A stretch of 64,000 bases of DNA from Cenococcum geophilum (GCA_050273025.1 CP158635.1:19902001-19966000), one strand, 5' to 3'. Positions 24,101-36,818 are shown, counted from the first letter of the stretch. Made by a program: numbers and translations. Notes: generated by a model not told the origin, from the letters alone.

Positions 24101-27100
24101 TATTAAAGATAAAAAGTGAACTAGGTATTAGCTGAAAAGCGAGCTAAGTGTATAAGGATTAAGCAGCTAATAGTTAGGAAAAGTAGAGGCCTACGGGACT
24201 AGAGGGAGCCAGTAGTAGAGCCTTAGACCTTTAAAGGAATTTAAGGTTAACACCTAAATTTATAAGTTAAGTAGTAAAATTAACAGTTTAAGGCATTAAT
24301 AGATAGTGGAGAGATAAGGAACTATATCTTACTAGCAGCAGTTAAGAGAATAGGATTACCTTATAGATAAAAGGAGGAATCTTACCTATTAGTAACAATT
24401 TTAGGAGATCTAATAGCCTACAGAGGAGGGATTATTAATCTTAAAACAGGACCTATTTAGATAACTATTAAAGGAAGACGAATTGAGATGTCTTTTAATA
24501 TCCTACTATTGGGAAGGGACGAGGCAGTATTAGGGATACTTTAGTTATAGGAATATAATCTAAAGATCGATTAGATTATAGGACAGGTTAATATTAGGGA
24601 TACTCGATACCGCAAGATGTAATAATAAGCTAAGATGGTATAGTACTAAGTTGGAGCAATATATAAAGAGACTAAGTAAGGCTTAAGTTATATACTAAAA
24701 AGATACTATAAGTATGGCAAGAAACTATAGTTACCAGAAAGTAAAAAGCTGTTAGAGTATATAGCGTGGAACTATAAAATAGAGTTAGAACCAGAAATAA
24801 GTCTAAAGTTCTTTCTAATCTATAAGCTTACTGAAGAAGAGGGTAGAGTATTAAAAGAGTTTATCTAGAAAAACTTACGAAAGGGATATATTAGACCATC
24901 GCAGTTATTAGCGGGATATCCAGTACTATTTATACTAAAGAAGAATGGCAAACTAAGGCTGTATATCGACTATAGACAGTTAAATAGTATTACTAGAAAG
25001 GATAAGTATCCTTTACCCTTAATTAGCGAAATCTAAGATAGGATAGGCAATGCGTAAATCTTTATAAAGATAGATCTAAGATGGGCATACCATTAAATTA
25101 GAATTAAGGAAGGTAACGAATAAAAAGCAGCCTTTAGGTTAAAGGAAGGACTGTATAAACTATTAGTTATACAATTCGGGCTTATAAACGCACTAGTAAC
25201 GTTCTAGAAGCGTATTAACAATATATTAAGAGAATACTTAAATAAATTTATTATGGTATATCTTAACGATATTATTATCTACTTAATAACTAAGGAAGAA
25301 CACGGGGAATACGTTAAATGGGTTTTAAAGAGACTATAAGAAGAACAGATACTAGTAGTAATTAAAAAATGCGAGTTCTTTACCAGGAAGACCGATTTTA
25401 TTAGATTTATTATTAAACTAGGCCAACTTAGTATAGATCTAAAGAAGATCAAGGCTATAGTAAATTGGTAAGAACTAGAGAACGTTATATAGTTAAGATT
25501 ATTTTTAGGGTTTTATAATTACTGCAGAAGGTTTATAGCGTAATAGTTAAAGGATATTAAGCCATTTATATAACTAATAAAGAAAGAAGAACTATAGGTA
25601 TAGGGAGAGGAACAAAGAGAGCTTTTTAAGAAAATTAAAGAGTTATTTACCTAGGAGCTAGTTTTTAAGATCTATTAACTAGAACTAGAGATAGTTATAG
25701 AAATAGATGTATTAAACTATATACTAGGGGCGTGCTTTATATAAAAATATTAAAATAGATAGCACCTAGTAGCATACTATAGTCGGAAGATAACACTACT
25801 AGAGTTAAACTATAACATCTATAATAAGGAGTTATTAGGTATAGTTATAGTATTAAAGAAATAGAGAGTATTCTTATAAGGTATAAATAAACTATTTATG
25901 GTTAAGACGGATTATAAAAACCTAATAGGATTCCTAATAATAAAGGAACTTAACTAAAGATAGGTTAGATAGGCAGAGATACTTATAGAATACTATTTTA
26001 AGATTTAGTATACTAAGGGTATAGATAATACGCAGGCAGATGCTCTAAGCTATAAAGCTAAACTATAAAATAATAAAAAGCTATTAGGGGCTTTACTGCG
26101 AAAAGACACAGACGGATTGATTAGGTATAATTATCTAAAAATTATAGTAACTTAAGAGAGTAATAAACTAGAGAAAGTCTACGAGATACTAGAAAGCTTT
26201 TAGGCATAAAGAATTCTAAAAGCATAACTAGAAGATCTATAGATGGATATATATAAGAATTAAGAAGTATAGTAGAGCAATTTATAGAAGAATTCTATAG
26301 GGGATTAACTTAAGGACACAATAGAGCCATAGGCTTAGTGTTAAGACTCTAAGAGGAGTATATTATTAATGGAATCTAGAGAATAGCTAGGAGGGTTATA
26401 AAAGAATACCTAGATTGCTAAAGAAATAAACTAATAAGGTATAGGCTATATGGAGGACTATAACCTGTTAAAACACTAGAGAGACTATAGGAGGTTATAT
26501 TATAGGACTTTATTATTAAGTTACTAAAGTTAAAAAATCCTATTACTGGATAAGATTATGACGCGATTTTAGTAATAGTAGATAAGCTTATAAAGTAGGG
26601 ATACTTTATAGTATGCACAGAAGAAATCTTAGCGGAAGATATTGCTAGAATTTATATTAAAGAAGTATTTATAAGACATGGAGTATTAAGCAAGATTATA
26701 TTAGATAGGGATTTAAGATTTATAGCAGCATTCTAGGAGGTATTCTTAGCGGAGTAAGGAGTTTAAGTAGCAACTTCTACTGTATATTATCCGCAGACAG
26801 ATAGTTAAACGGAAAGATTAAATTAGACACTAAAGCAGTATCTAAAGCATTATATTAATTACGCATAGAATAATTAGGTATTGCTATTACTAGTTATACA
26901 GTTTATATATAATATAACACCTTAAGAAGGAATAGGCATATTACTATTTAAGGCAAATTATGGATATAAGCTAAGAATATCGTTGTTACTATAATAAGTA
27001 AAGAAAACGAGTAGTATAGCTAAAGAAAGAATAAAGACGTTAATAAATCTTTATATAGACCTTAAGGAATTAGTAAAGAAAGTATAAAAGAGAATAAAAA

Positions 27101-27559
27101 AGTACTATAATACTAAGAGATCTAAGGGACCAGATCTTAAGGAGGGAGATAAAGTATAGCTACTATACAAAAATTTCAAGAGTTGACAACTAAGTAAGAA
27201 GTTAGACTATATTAGACTAGGACCTTTTAAAATCACGTAAAGAATTTTACTAGTTACGTTTAAGTTAAACCTACTAGCCAAAATAAAGATCTACCCTATA
27301 TAGTACATCGCAATGCTAGAGCTAGCACACGGGAATGTTAAGCCACCGGTTTACAAAGTAGACATATATAGAGAATAAGAAGAAGACAAATAGTAAGTTT
27401 TAAAGATCGTTAGTTATAAGGACGTTAATAATAAAATATAATACAAGGTTAAGTAGATAGGCTACACTAAAACTACCTAAAAACTACTAGAAAATTTAAA
27501 GAATGCTATAGGAAAGGTACAGGAGTATTAAAAGAAATTAGGTTAGGTAGCATTAAAAA

Positions 27560-28178
27560 AAAAGGATTACTAAAGAATAAGTTACTTAAGGGGGACCTAA
27601 GAAGAGCAGTTGCCGAACTACTTAAATCTATTTCCTTCTTTATTAGAAGAGAATCCGTTTTTTTATTACTAAATTCCTATAAACCTTATTCTATAAGTTT
27701 CCACTCTTTAAAACAAACCTTCTTACGAACCTTCTTAAGATGGATTAGTTAAGCGGACGCCGCCAGACAAGACTTAAGGGCCCGTTGCTAAGTATTAGCA
27801 GCCTCCTGTTTAGTGTCCTAAAAATAGCGCAATTTAGCAAGAGTAATAGACAGTTTATTATCTAGCTGCGTAGCAATAGATTAAATATAAGACCCTAAGA
27901 TAAATTAATTAGGGAACTAGATAACTATTAAGAGTAATAGGTTGTGTATATTTAGCATTAAAGATAGAGCAAACGTTATAGGACGAACGAATATTCGCTT
28001 TAGTACACTTTAAGTAAGAGGACGGTTATTATAAAGATGGGTTCGCCAACGTAATATAAACCAGCCCCTCTTTTAAATAGTGAGAATATAGAGATAGCAT
28101 AATCTTACCAAGAGATAGTATCGCAGCGACAGTGCGAGCACGACGAGCAGTCGAGGAAGAAGAAATTGCTTTAGGTAT
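27560..28178 (-). pseudogene. Antisense accessory gene of the gypsy element: putative Zn2Cys6-like cluster plus coiled coil, one putative intron; RIP-inactivated (end approximate)
   Basis: Frame (M)PKAISSSSTARRARTVAAILSLG.IM... is conserved with 36819-37430 (+). Six regularly spaced TGY/TAY codons follow. Confidence 0.6.
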
Positions 28179-28286
28179 AATAAGCAATAATATTAACCAA
28201 ATTAATTAGACGGATATTATACCTCTAGTGAACGACTTAGAGATATTTTAAATCTTCAAGGATAAAGATAGAGAGGAGGGAGATGG

Positions 28287-28712
28287 TGTTACGGACGCTT
28301 TAAGTACAATGTTATAACTACTAGGAGAAGAGTCGGAAGAAGCTAGTTAGTTAATTTAGGCACGGTCTAGTATAGAGCCGGTAGAGCTATATAACGAGAA
28401 ATGGTAACCGAGGTCATGTAGGGTAATCTATATAATCTATAGGATCTGTGTAATCTGCGATAAAGTAGATAGAGTATACGTATATTACGTATAAGGAGGA
28501 TTTCATAGGAGTACGGTTGTGTATTTAAGGACCCTTAGTTCCTACCTAGATAGTTCCTTCTTTATAGTGATTCTTAGAATACAATTGGAGTTAATCTATT
28601 AGGCAACCACTCCACTAGTTATTATTACTTGTCGACTATTGTTACTTGCATTTCCTACACACCTAGCCTAATAACAAGCCCACCGTAGTTCTTGCTATAA
28701 GGTTCCGTTACA
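28287..28712 (+). repeat. gypsy 3' LTR (426 bp)
   Basis: Direct repeat of 20754-21179, with TG...CA ends. Confidence 0.93.
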
Positions 28713-29988
28713 GTTTTAGAGAGCGACTTAGCTCTAGGACCTTCCTTTTAGAGGTAATTAGGGCGGAGTTCTTATAGCGTGTTAATTGTAGCTTTGTCCT
28801 TATAAGTAGTACTTACTAAATACCAAACCAGAATTAGATAATAATTGGGGTCGGCAGGTAGGGCTTAACGGAAGCGATTGGTTACTTATACTAGTTGTTC
28901 TTTTATATAATTAGGATAGCGGTATACCGCCTGTACTAGTTATTTAAATATTTATTTTAGGCAGGGGGGTAGAGTAGTAGCTTAAAATATAAGCGTCGCT
29001 TCCGCATTTAAAATAAAGGCTATATTTAATACGTTGTTTACATTTAGCAGATCCTTTTAGGGCGTAGGAGAGGGTTCTAGTGTTAATGTCTATAGCGTCT
29101 GGGTCCTTACGGGTCTTAGGCGGTTAAGGAGCGGAGTATTAAGGTATATATTTTGGGGTAAGGCGTAGTATATCGTTATATAGGCCGTTAATAATATTAG
29201 CGTAAGTAGTAAGGGTATTTAGCAGCTTAACTCCTATAAGGGAAGCCTTTAGTTTAGAGTTTAAGGATTCCACTAGGCGATTAATTAAGGTGGGTTTATT
29301 CTATCTAGTCTTTTTAGTATAGTAGTAGAACTTAGTAAAGTATAATAGGAAGCTCTTAGAGCTATATATTATCTTATTTAGTTTCCTTTATACTATTATA
29401 ATTTGGTTAGGGTCGCTATAAGATGCTTCTAGTATAGTAACTAGTTCTTCTATAGTGCTTAGCTAGAACGGGTATATAGTTTCCATAGCGTCTCCTATTA
29501 GACGGCTTATGGTATAACGTAGTTAACTATTAGGGGTAGGGTAGCGATCAATATTACCGTTTAGCTTATTCTTAAGTTAATTAAGAAAGGAGCGTAGTTT
29601 ACTTCTTTTACCTAAATAGGTGGGAGGATTAGGGAGACGTTTAGTTAGCTTCTTTACGGGGGCGCTAATTAGCAAATTTGGGGTTAAGAAGCTAGTCTTA
29701 GACACGTCTCCTCTATCTAGTACTTATAGGTTAATACTAGTAGGAACAAGTAGGGGCGACGGTATAGCAGATAGTGGGTTATAGCGGATCTCTTTAATTT
29801 CTTTTTTTAGGGATCCAATTGTCTCTTAGTATTAAGCCTTTTATTAAGTAAGGGCATTTATAAAGGCCTATTGTAGGCCCTTTATTTATTTAGTAAATAT
29901 ATTACGTAAGTTAGTTACAGATATAGGGGCTTCTAAGTTATTCTGCATATTAGGCGGGGCAAGGTAGTATAAATTTAACGCAATATAA

Positions 29989-30366
29989 TGTTACAGAGTA
30001 AGTATAAGTGACGATAATATATATCGAGTAGATATTATTAAGCTACGTATATAAACTATGTAATAAAGTTAAAACGTTACGTAAGGAAAAAAGGTAGGAA
30101 AACGGGAAGAAAGGGTATATATTATAGACTTAGTTGCTTAGTTAATACATGCACAGAGCAGAATAGGATTTAGGTAGTAGTCCTGGCGGAACTTAGCAGG
30201 ATTTGGTGGAACTTAGTAAAACTTAGTAGAACTTAATAGAATATAGCAGAATGCGGTAGATTGCCGTTAGATTGCGGCAAGTTACGGTCTCGTAGTCGGT
30301 CTCTAGTTGCTAAGTCGGTAAAAACAGGTAGACGTGTATAAAGTGTTATAGGAAAGTCCCGTAACA
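29989..30366 (-). repeat. gypsy 5' LTR (378 bp)
   Basis: Direct repeat of 16413-16790. Confidence 0.93.
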
Positions 30367-31105
30367 ATTTGTTACTAGGCTGTTAGTATTAAAGAGCTCT
30401 ACCTACCACTAATAAGAATACTGCCTCCTTCTATTATAGATAGCTTATAACGCGTATATATAAGCGGGGCTTTATATTCTGTTAATATAAGCGGCGTAAA
30501 AGATTAGCTGGATTGGCATTATTAGGAAGTGAATAGATATATTAGTACTGCCCTTTACTAAGAAATGAGGGTAAAGAATTTAAGCTACCAACCTCCTAAT
30601 AAGGGGCTAGATACGACGGCTATGTTAGAGCTAAACATACTAGCTTAAATAGGCGAATATGGTTTAATCGCAATTTGCTAAGGGTATTAATTAGGTGCTA
30701 GGAATTTAAGCCTTTATAAACCTTTATACCCTATAAACGGCAATTGACCTTAGTCTATGCCGGAGGCATATATATTAAATGCTTTAATTTAATAAGAAAC
30801 CTAGGCAAGGGGCAAGGGGCAAGGGGCAATAGGCAAGTGCTAGTAGCAATAGGAGGACTAATATGCACTTAAAAAGACCTTTAATTCCCCCTTAAAGCTT
30901 TTAAAAGCTATAAAGTAATAGCAACTTTAATAATAATAACGTTAATACTACCTTAGTCTTCATTTTATATCCCTTTTAAAATTTTACTTAATAATAATTC
31001 ATTGCTTAACGTCCGATTTGGATCCCTATTAGGCCCACGCAAACTACTCCTTATATATATATAGGGAGAAAACTCTATTTAAGAAAACCCTATAATCCAT
31101 CTCCC

Positions 31106-33705
31106 CGCCTTTTAGGACTCGCCTATAGAGCGCCTATAAGGCGCCTGTAAGTCACCTATGGTGCTCCTACTACCTTACTTTTTAACCTTCTTAGGAACCA
31201 CTGCTGCCGTAACAAGCCTATAGACGCGCTAGTATTATAAACTTTACTCTACTGCTATAAAGTCATTAGGGGGCACCTATTACTCGCCCCCCTACCTTCT
31301 ATTACCATTTCCTTTACAACCCAGAACTAGTTTAGTATATTTTAGCTAATAAGCCACTAGGTAACCGCCTTAAGGCCTTTTTATATTAAGAGCAGTGTCT
31401 TATAGTTCTCTATGCCAGCTACTAAGAGTATTACTTCTTAGTTAGTACGTAAGGGGCATAGTAGTATTATGTGCTTTAGTGTCTGTCTTAGCCAGCCATA
31501 TTTATATCTTAGGCTACCTACTAGGACACCCACCTAGTAGAGCCAGTCTTTTAGTCCTATTACTCCTGTTCTTAAAAGTGTTACTATTATATTTTCTGCC
31601 TTTATTAGGCCTTCTTAGAGCCCTAGAGTATTTACCCCCTATAGCGTTAACCATACTACGGCTTAGGTTCTTCTTGCCTTAGTTAACCTCTATACCTTTA
31701 ACTCCCATACACCTCTCCAGCGTTGGTCCAGCTAGTATTATATTACGGTAGTTAGTTTCCTAGCATTCTTTTATACTTTACTTTAGCTCTTTTCTCTCTC
31801 TTACTATTATCCTTACTGGCCTCTTATACGTCTCCCTTCCTCCTCTATATAGGCCTGGGCCCTAAAGCAGCACCATTCTTCTTCTGCTTTCTTTACCTAT
31901 TTCTCTAATATATCTTCCCTACTTTAGGGTTATTAGTTTATTCTCCTATAAGGCGCCCTAAGGTCCCTCCATAGTTTATTTAGGCGTATCTTAATATACT
32001 TTATAACATTAGAGTTATATTCCTTTTACGCCCTTTATATTGCAGCAGCTTTAATATATAGTTATAGGGGGGGAATATTAGCTTCCTTCTTAAGCAGTGC
32101 TATAGCCGTTCGCTTATATCCGCCTATTATACTCTAAAGGCAGGCTGTTTAGACCTTTTAGAGTAGTTTAAGGAGCAATTTAGGGGGGCCTTTCTTAGAT
32201 TCTCTAATGGCCCAAATACTAAACCTATACGTTATAGTTAGCCAGAAAACTGCTGTGTATAGTAGGCGTGACCTCTAGAAGCATAGGCCCCATATAGAAT
32301 TAACGATCCTAGATAATGCGATATACTATACTTAGCCCTTATGGGCCGCTTAGGCCGCATATACGCTTTACCGGAGCTTACTATCTACCCATACTCCTAA
32401 TACTCTTAGGCCCTAAACTAGCTAACCCCTAAAGCCTTAGATATAAATTATATACTAGAGATCTACAGATTAGTTACGTTTTCTTATAAAATGGATTAGC
32501 TAATACTTCTCTAGTAAGAATTGGACTCTATGTCGTCTTGCCTATTCTATATAGGTATTATAAGCTTTCTCTAGCGTTTTGCAATTCTCTGCGGCTATTG
32601 GCCCGTATATAATTAGGTTTATATCATTAATAAAGCCTATCTCCTAGGTCGCCCCTTCCTTAAAGGAGTTAAGTAGGTTGCTTATAAAGAAAAGGAAAAG
32701 TATAGGCGAGAGGGGTAATCCTTATAGTATTCCTGTTACAACTGCAATAGGGGGGCTTTAGTATCCGCTAAAGACCAGCAATGTTTCTTTTTAGCCTATA
32801 AACCCTTAAACAAATTATATAATCCATTCTAGGAAGCCTTTTACTCTAAAAATGTATAGGAGACACTTATAGGGTATATTATCGTAAGCGCCACTAATAT
32901 CTAGGCTAAGCATTAATACTACGAAGTCCCTTTACATCGCCTATACTGATTTAATAGTAGCAGCGAGTAGCGTAAGTACTAATAGTGTTAAGCGGTTCTT
33001 TCTTGCCCCTATTTAGCTTTATAGTAGTAGGGCGTATTCCTCTACCGTGTCTGCTATATAGTCCGCTATTACCCTTTCTAAGATCTTACTAAGGGTATTC
33101 TCTAAGGCAATAGGGCGGTAGCTCCCTAGAAATAAGTAGTTTGCTTTACCTTCTTTACATAGGATAAACGTTATCATAGCTCTTCCGAGTCTTAGGTAGT
33201 AGCCTATTACAAAGTATACTCTAGCTATATCCGCAAGCCAAGGTGCTATTAGTAGTCCGCAGGTCTTTAGGGCTTCATTTAGGATCCCATCTAGTCCTAG
33301 TGCTATATTATTTAAAAGGCGGCTAATAGTTCTAGCCATTTCTTCAGTTGTTATATCACTATTAACCCTTAGGCGAGTCACCGGTGCTTCGCCTATAATA
33401 TCGCTAAGGTCTACTAAAGCTAGTTAGGGGAAAAATCTTTCTATAAGGATTTTTACCTTCTTATTATTGTTGCTTGTAGCTAGTGATTCACCTAGTCTTC
33501 ACAGGGGCGGAAGGTATGGGTCTTCTACTAGACGTCCTGCCTTTCTCTTTGCCTATTTCGCCATCTTCCAAAGACCTTTATTATAGGGGAGGCTCGGGTT
33601 AGTAGTATACTCATTTATAAACCGTCTCCAGCTATTCCTTACTTCTTTTTTCAGGGTATTCTTTAGCTAGTTTCTTATGTCTTTGTAATATCTCTTATCT
33701 TTAGG
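31106..33705 (-). mobile_element. Second copy of the Tad1-like LINE, 5'-truncated (RT plus C-terminal region), RIP-inactivated; 3' end probably extends slightly left of 31106
   Basis: Colinear with 1-1465 plus 6510-~7655. Lacks the copia insertion (single GTATT at ~32555-32559). Similarity stops at ...CTTTAGG 33705. Confidence 0.92.
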
Positions 33706-34349
33706 CAGGTAGTTATATATTAGCTATAATATAGTAGAGTTCAACATGCCTACTTATCCAGGCCTCTACCCCAGTTTTCAGTGGCTTATTCCCACCCTTA
33801 GGCGTCACCACCTCTACGGTCAAGGCTGGGCCAAAACCTCTCCCGCCTAAGTAACTCCTATTTACTCCTTAAGTATATCTCACCAGCATACCGCCCTAGA
33901 GGCGAACAAACGGTTCCGTCTGTTAATATACCAACACACGCATCCGTTCTCTTAAGCCACGTAGCAGTCTCTCCAGCTAGGACGTAATCCTGCCTACCTA
34001 CCAGGTGCACTAAGGGTCAGAGCCCAGCTAAGGGGTAAGGTCCTTAGAGCCAGCAGTAGCTACTACGTACTACGCCCCGCAGGAGGCTAGTAGTAATATA
34101 GGGGCGCAACACCCTATACTACTGCTAGTTCCCGTTTCGCATTACCTATAAGAGTCTCCTTATAACAGGCCAACTGTGTCTTGCAGGAGGGGGCTATAGA
34201 GACGCCAGGTCCCGTGCCAGGTAACCTACTCCCCCCTCTCCTACTAACCAAGCTTATGTCCCCCCCTTTTATAAGCTGGCCTATATCTCTAACTATCGAG
34301 ACCTTATCCGACTAGCCTATGTTTCCCCTACAGCCTCCCCCATATATAT

Positions 34350-34630
34350 ATTAGGTTGCGTGCACCACGCCTATTAAAACCCTCCTATAAGTCGCCTTAT
34401 ACATACATCAGGTTGCGTATACTACGCCTATTAAGACCCTCCTGTAAGTCACCTAGTTAAACGCCATAGGGCCGTTAAAGCTGGCCTATGTTTCCGCTGC
34501 CTAGAGCTTTGCCCGTGTTTCCACTTCGTTAAGCCGTCTGGTCGCCATCGCGTCGCTGTCGTGTCGCTGTCACGTCTGTCGTCTAGGTCGCGCGCACCAC
34601 GCCTATTAAGACCCTCTTCTAAGTCGCCTA
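34350..34630. repeat. Three imperfect ~45-57-bp direct repeats (AGGTTGCGTGCACCACGCCTATTAAGACCCTCCTGTAAGTCGCCT-like)
   Basis: Copies start near 34353, 34410 and 34585. Confidence 0.7.
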
Positions 34631-35598
34631 GGTGTCGGATACCAGATAGGCCCTTGTAGAGGGGCCTTAACGAGTTCTCTAGGCAGGGCCTTAACAAGTT
34701 CTTCGCGGTGGCCTTAGGGCCTTAACAAGTTTCGTATAAGGTATCTGCGACGCGTTAACCTTAACAAGTTCTTATAAAAAGAGGTTCCCTACGCCCTCGC
34801 CGCGTCCCTTTGCGATCTCAGAGCTAGTGCAAGCCCAAGGGTGTCCTGTTGTACGACTAGGACGCGTCCACGTCAACTAATAAGATGATAAGGCTAGTTT
34901 CGGGCCTGGCTACGAGCCAGGTAGTCGTACATCGGGTGGTTTTCGTATCCCAGTTTCCCTTGATAGGCCTCCCTAGGTGGTAGAGCAGGAGCCTCATGCG
35001 GAGGCAGTAAGGCTCCTGGTGTTGTTAAGGGCGATACTTTATACGGTGGTACGCGTCGCGGGCTTAACACCACAGAACCGCGCTGCATGCGCTGCGACGG
35101 CTCCCTACCATCGCCTCTGCACTTAGCCATCAAAAGGAAACGATTTCCTGATGATGTTTCCACCCGCGGCGACGTGGACGCGTACAGTAGGGCTTCGCGG
35201 GCTAAAATTTTACTTAATAAGAACAATTTCTATACTAGTCTCCCCAGAAAATTAATAGCTTTATCTTAACACTATACAATTACAGCCCCTAAGAAAAGTG
35301 TAAGTAGTAAGCCTAAAAGGAGGAGTAGGGGAGTACCTCTTTTCCCCTTAAAAAGTTAAGAAGTATTATAAGCTTAGGTACTTAACGGCATATTATTCTA
35401 CCTAGGGCCTTAATTTAGAGATTCCGTCTAGTAAAGCGCCTATAGACCCTATATATAATTATAAGAAAGCTTATAATAAATATTATAAGAATAATAAGGA
35501 TAATAAGGATAACGAGGAAGATTTCTATAGGGATAGAAATGACAGTCAAGTCTCTAGGAGAAGTAGTTAAGGTAATTATCCCAATAATTACCCCACCA

Positions 35599-35864
35599 CT
35601 CTCCCCTTACCCTACTACTCTCCCCTTACCCTACTACTCTCCCCTTACCCTACTACTCTCCCCTTACCCTACTACTCTCCCCTTACCCTACTACTCTCCC
35701 CTTACCCTACTACTCTCCCCTTACCCTACTACTCTCCCCTTACCCTACTACTCTCCCCTTACCCTACTACTCTCCCCTTACCCTACTACTCTCCCCTTAC
35801 CCTACTACTCTCCCCTTACCCTACTACTCTCCCCTTACCCTACTACTCTCCCCTTACCCTACTA
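35599..35864. repeat. Perfect 19-bp minisatellite (CTCTCCCCTTACCCTACTA) x14
   Basis: 266 bp = 14 identical units, read directly from the sequence. Confidence 0.95.
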
Positions 35865-36290
35865 CTTTCTCTTTTTCCCTAGTAGTTCTAAATATATAGT
35901 TTTAACAACTAGTAGTAAATCTAATAGTTATTAAAGACAATATAGCTAATCTAGACTTAGAAGCTAAGGGTAATAAAGCTAGTAATACTGACGACGAAGC
36001 TAATAAAGCCGATAATTAACTAACACCTTATAGATTAGGTATACGCTTCCCCTTTTAATTTATAATAGCCTTATTTAATAATTAGTAAATAACGGGAATA
36101 ACGGCAGTAGTAAGGATAATAAAGATAATAAAGAGCTACCTTTATTAGAAGCGCTAGAAGAGGAGGTACGCGCACCTACGTATAATTATACTACACCCTT
36201 AACGCTAGACGGCAATTAAACAGATAATTTAGCTAAGGGGCATTATATTAGAACTGCTCCGCAGTTTAGGCAAAAGCTTAAAATATTAAT

Positions 36291-36710
36291 TATAACGGAA
36301 CCTTGTAGTAGATACTACGGTAGGCTCGTTAATAGGCTAGGTATATAGGTATTAAAGAAAGTCAACAACGTAATAACAACTGGTGGAGTGGTTGCCTAAC
36401 AGATTAACTCCAATTGTATTCTAAGAATTACTATAAGGAAGGAACTATCTAGGTAGGGACTAAGGGTCCTTAAATACACGACTATACTCCTATAAAAGTT
36501 ATTACTCTATCTACTCTGTCTACTCTATTTGCTTTATTATAAATCTCGCAGATTACACAGATTATATAGATCACATCACGTGACCTTGCTTACTATTCCT
36601 TATTATATAGTTCCACAGGTTCTATCCTAGACCGTACCTATATTAACCAACTAGCTTCCTCTAACTCTTCTCTAAGTAGTTATAATATTATACTTAAAGC
36701 GTCCGTAACA
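36291..36710 (-). repeat. gypsy 3' LTR (420 bp)
   Basis: Direct repeat of 43895-44314; purine tract adjacent on the minus strand (36711-36728). Confidence 0.93.
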
Positions 36711-36818
36711 CCATCTTCCTCCTCTCTATTTTTGTCCTTAAAGATACCTAGTATCTCCAAGTTATTTACTAGAGGTGTAATATCCGTTTAATCAATTTGG
36801 TTAATATTGTTACTTATT

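Larger units (their letters stand above)
20754..28712 (+). mobile_element. Ty3/gypsy element (7959 bp) with extended gag, pol with chromodomain and a 3' antisense ORF; RIP-inactivated
   Basis: 426-bp LTRs at 20754-21179 and 28287-28712. TSD GTTCT/GTTTT. PPT AGAGAGGAGGGAGATGG before 28287. Gag ATG 21225, CCHC knuckle ~22230-22272, protease LIDSG ~24295-24310, RT YL(D)DII ~25260, RNase H ADALS ~26040, integrase ~26300-26950, chromodomain-like ~27390-27530. Confidence 0.95.
16413..30366 (-). mobile_element. Complete chromodomain-bearing Ty3/gypsy element (~6.0 kb without insert), RIP-inactivated, with nested gypsy at 20754-28712
   Basis: 378-bp LTRs at 16413-16790 and 29989-30366 (TGTTAC...GTAACA). 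PPT at ~16794-16800 (minus). Flanks ATCTA/ATTTG are consistent with a RIP-altered ATCTG TSD. Gag lies at ~28720-29950, protease VLI(D)(T)GAS at ~20610-20635, RT at ~19000-19650, RNase H at ~18400-18800, integrase at ~17400-18100 and a chromodomain-like tail at ~16830-17000. Confidence 0.9.

Noticed and set aside
35599..35864. Interstitial telomere
   Set aside because: The unit is 19 bp and contains no tandem TTAGGG; the resemblance is only partial.
35539..35934. Repeat-protein ORF (PYPTTLPLPYYSPLTLLLS)n
   Set aside because: It is a translation of a 19-bp minisatellite (not a multiple of 3) with a stop-free strand.
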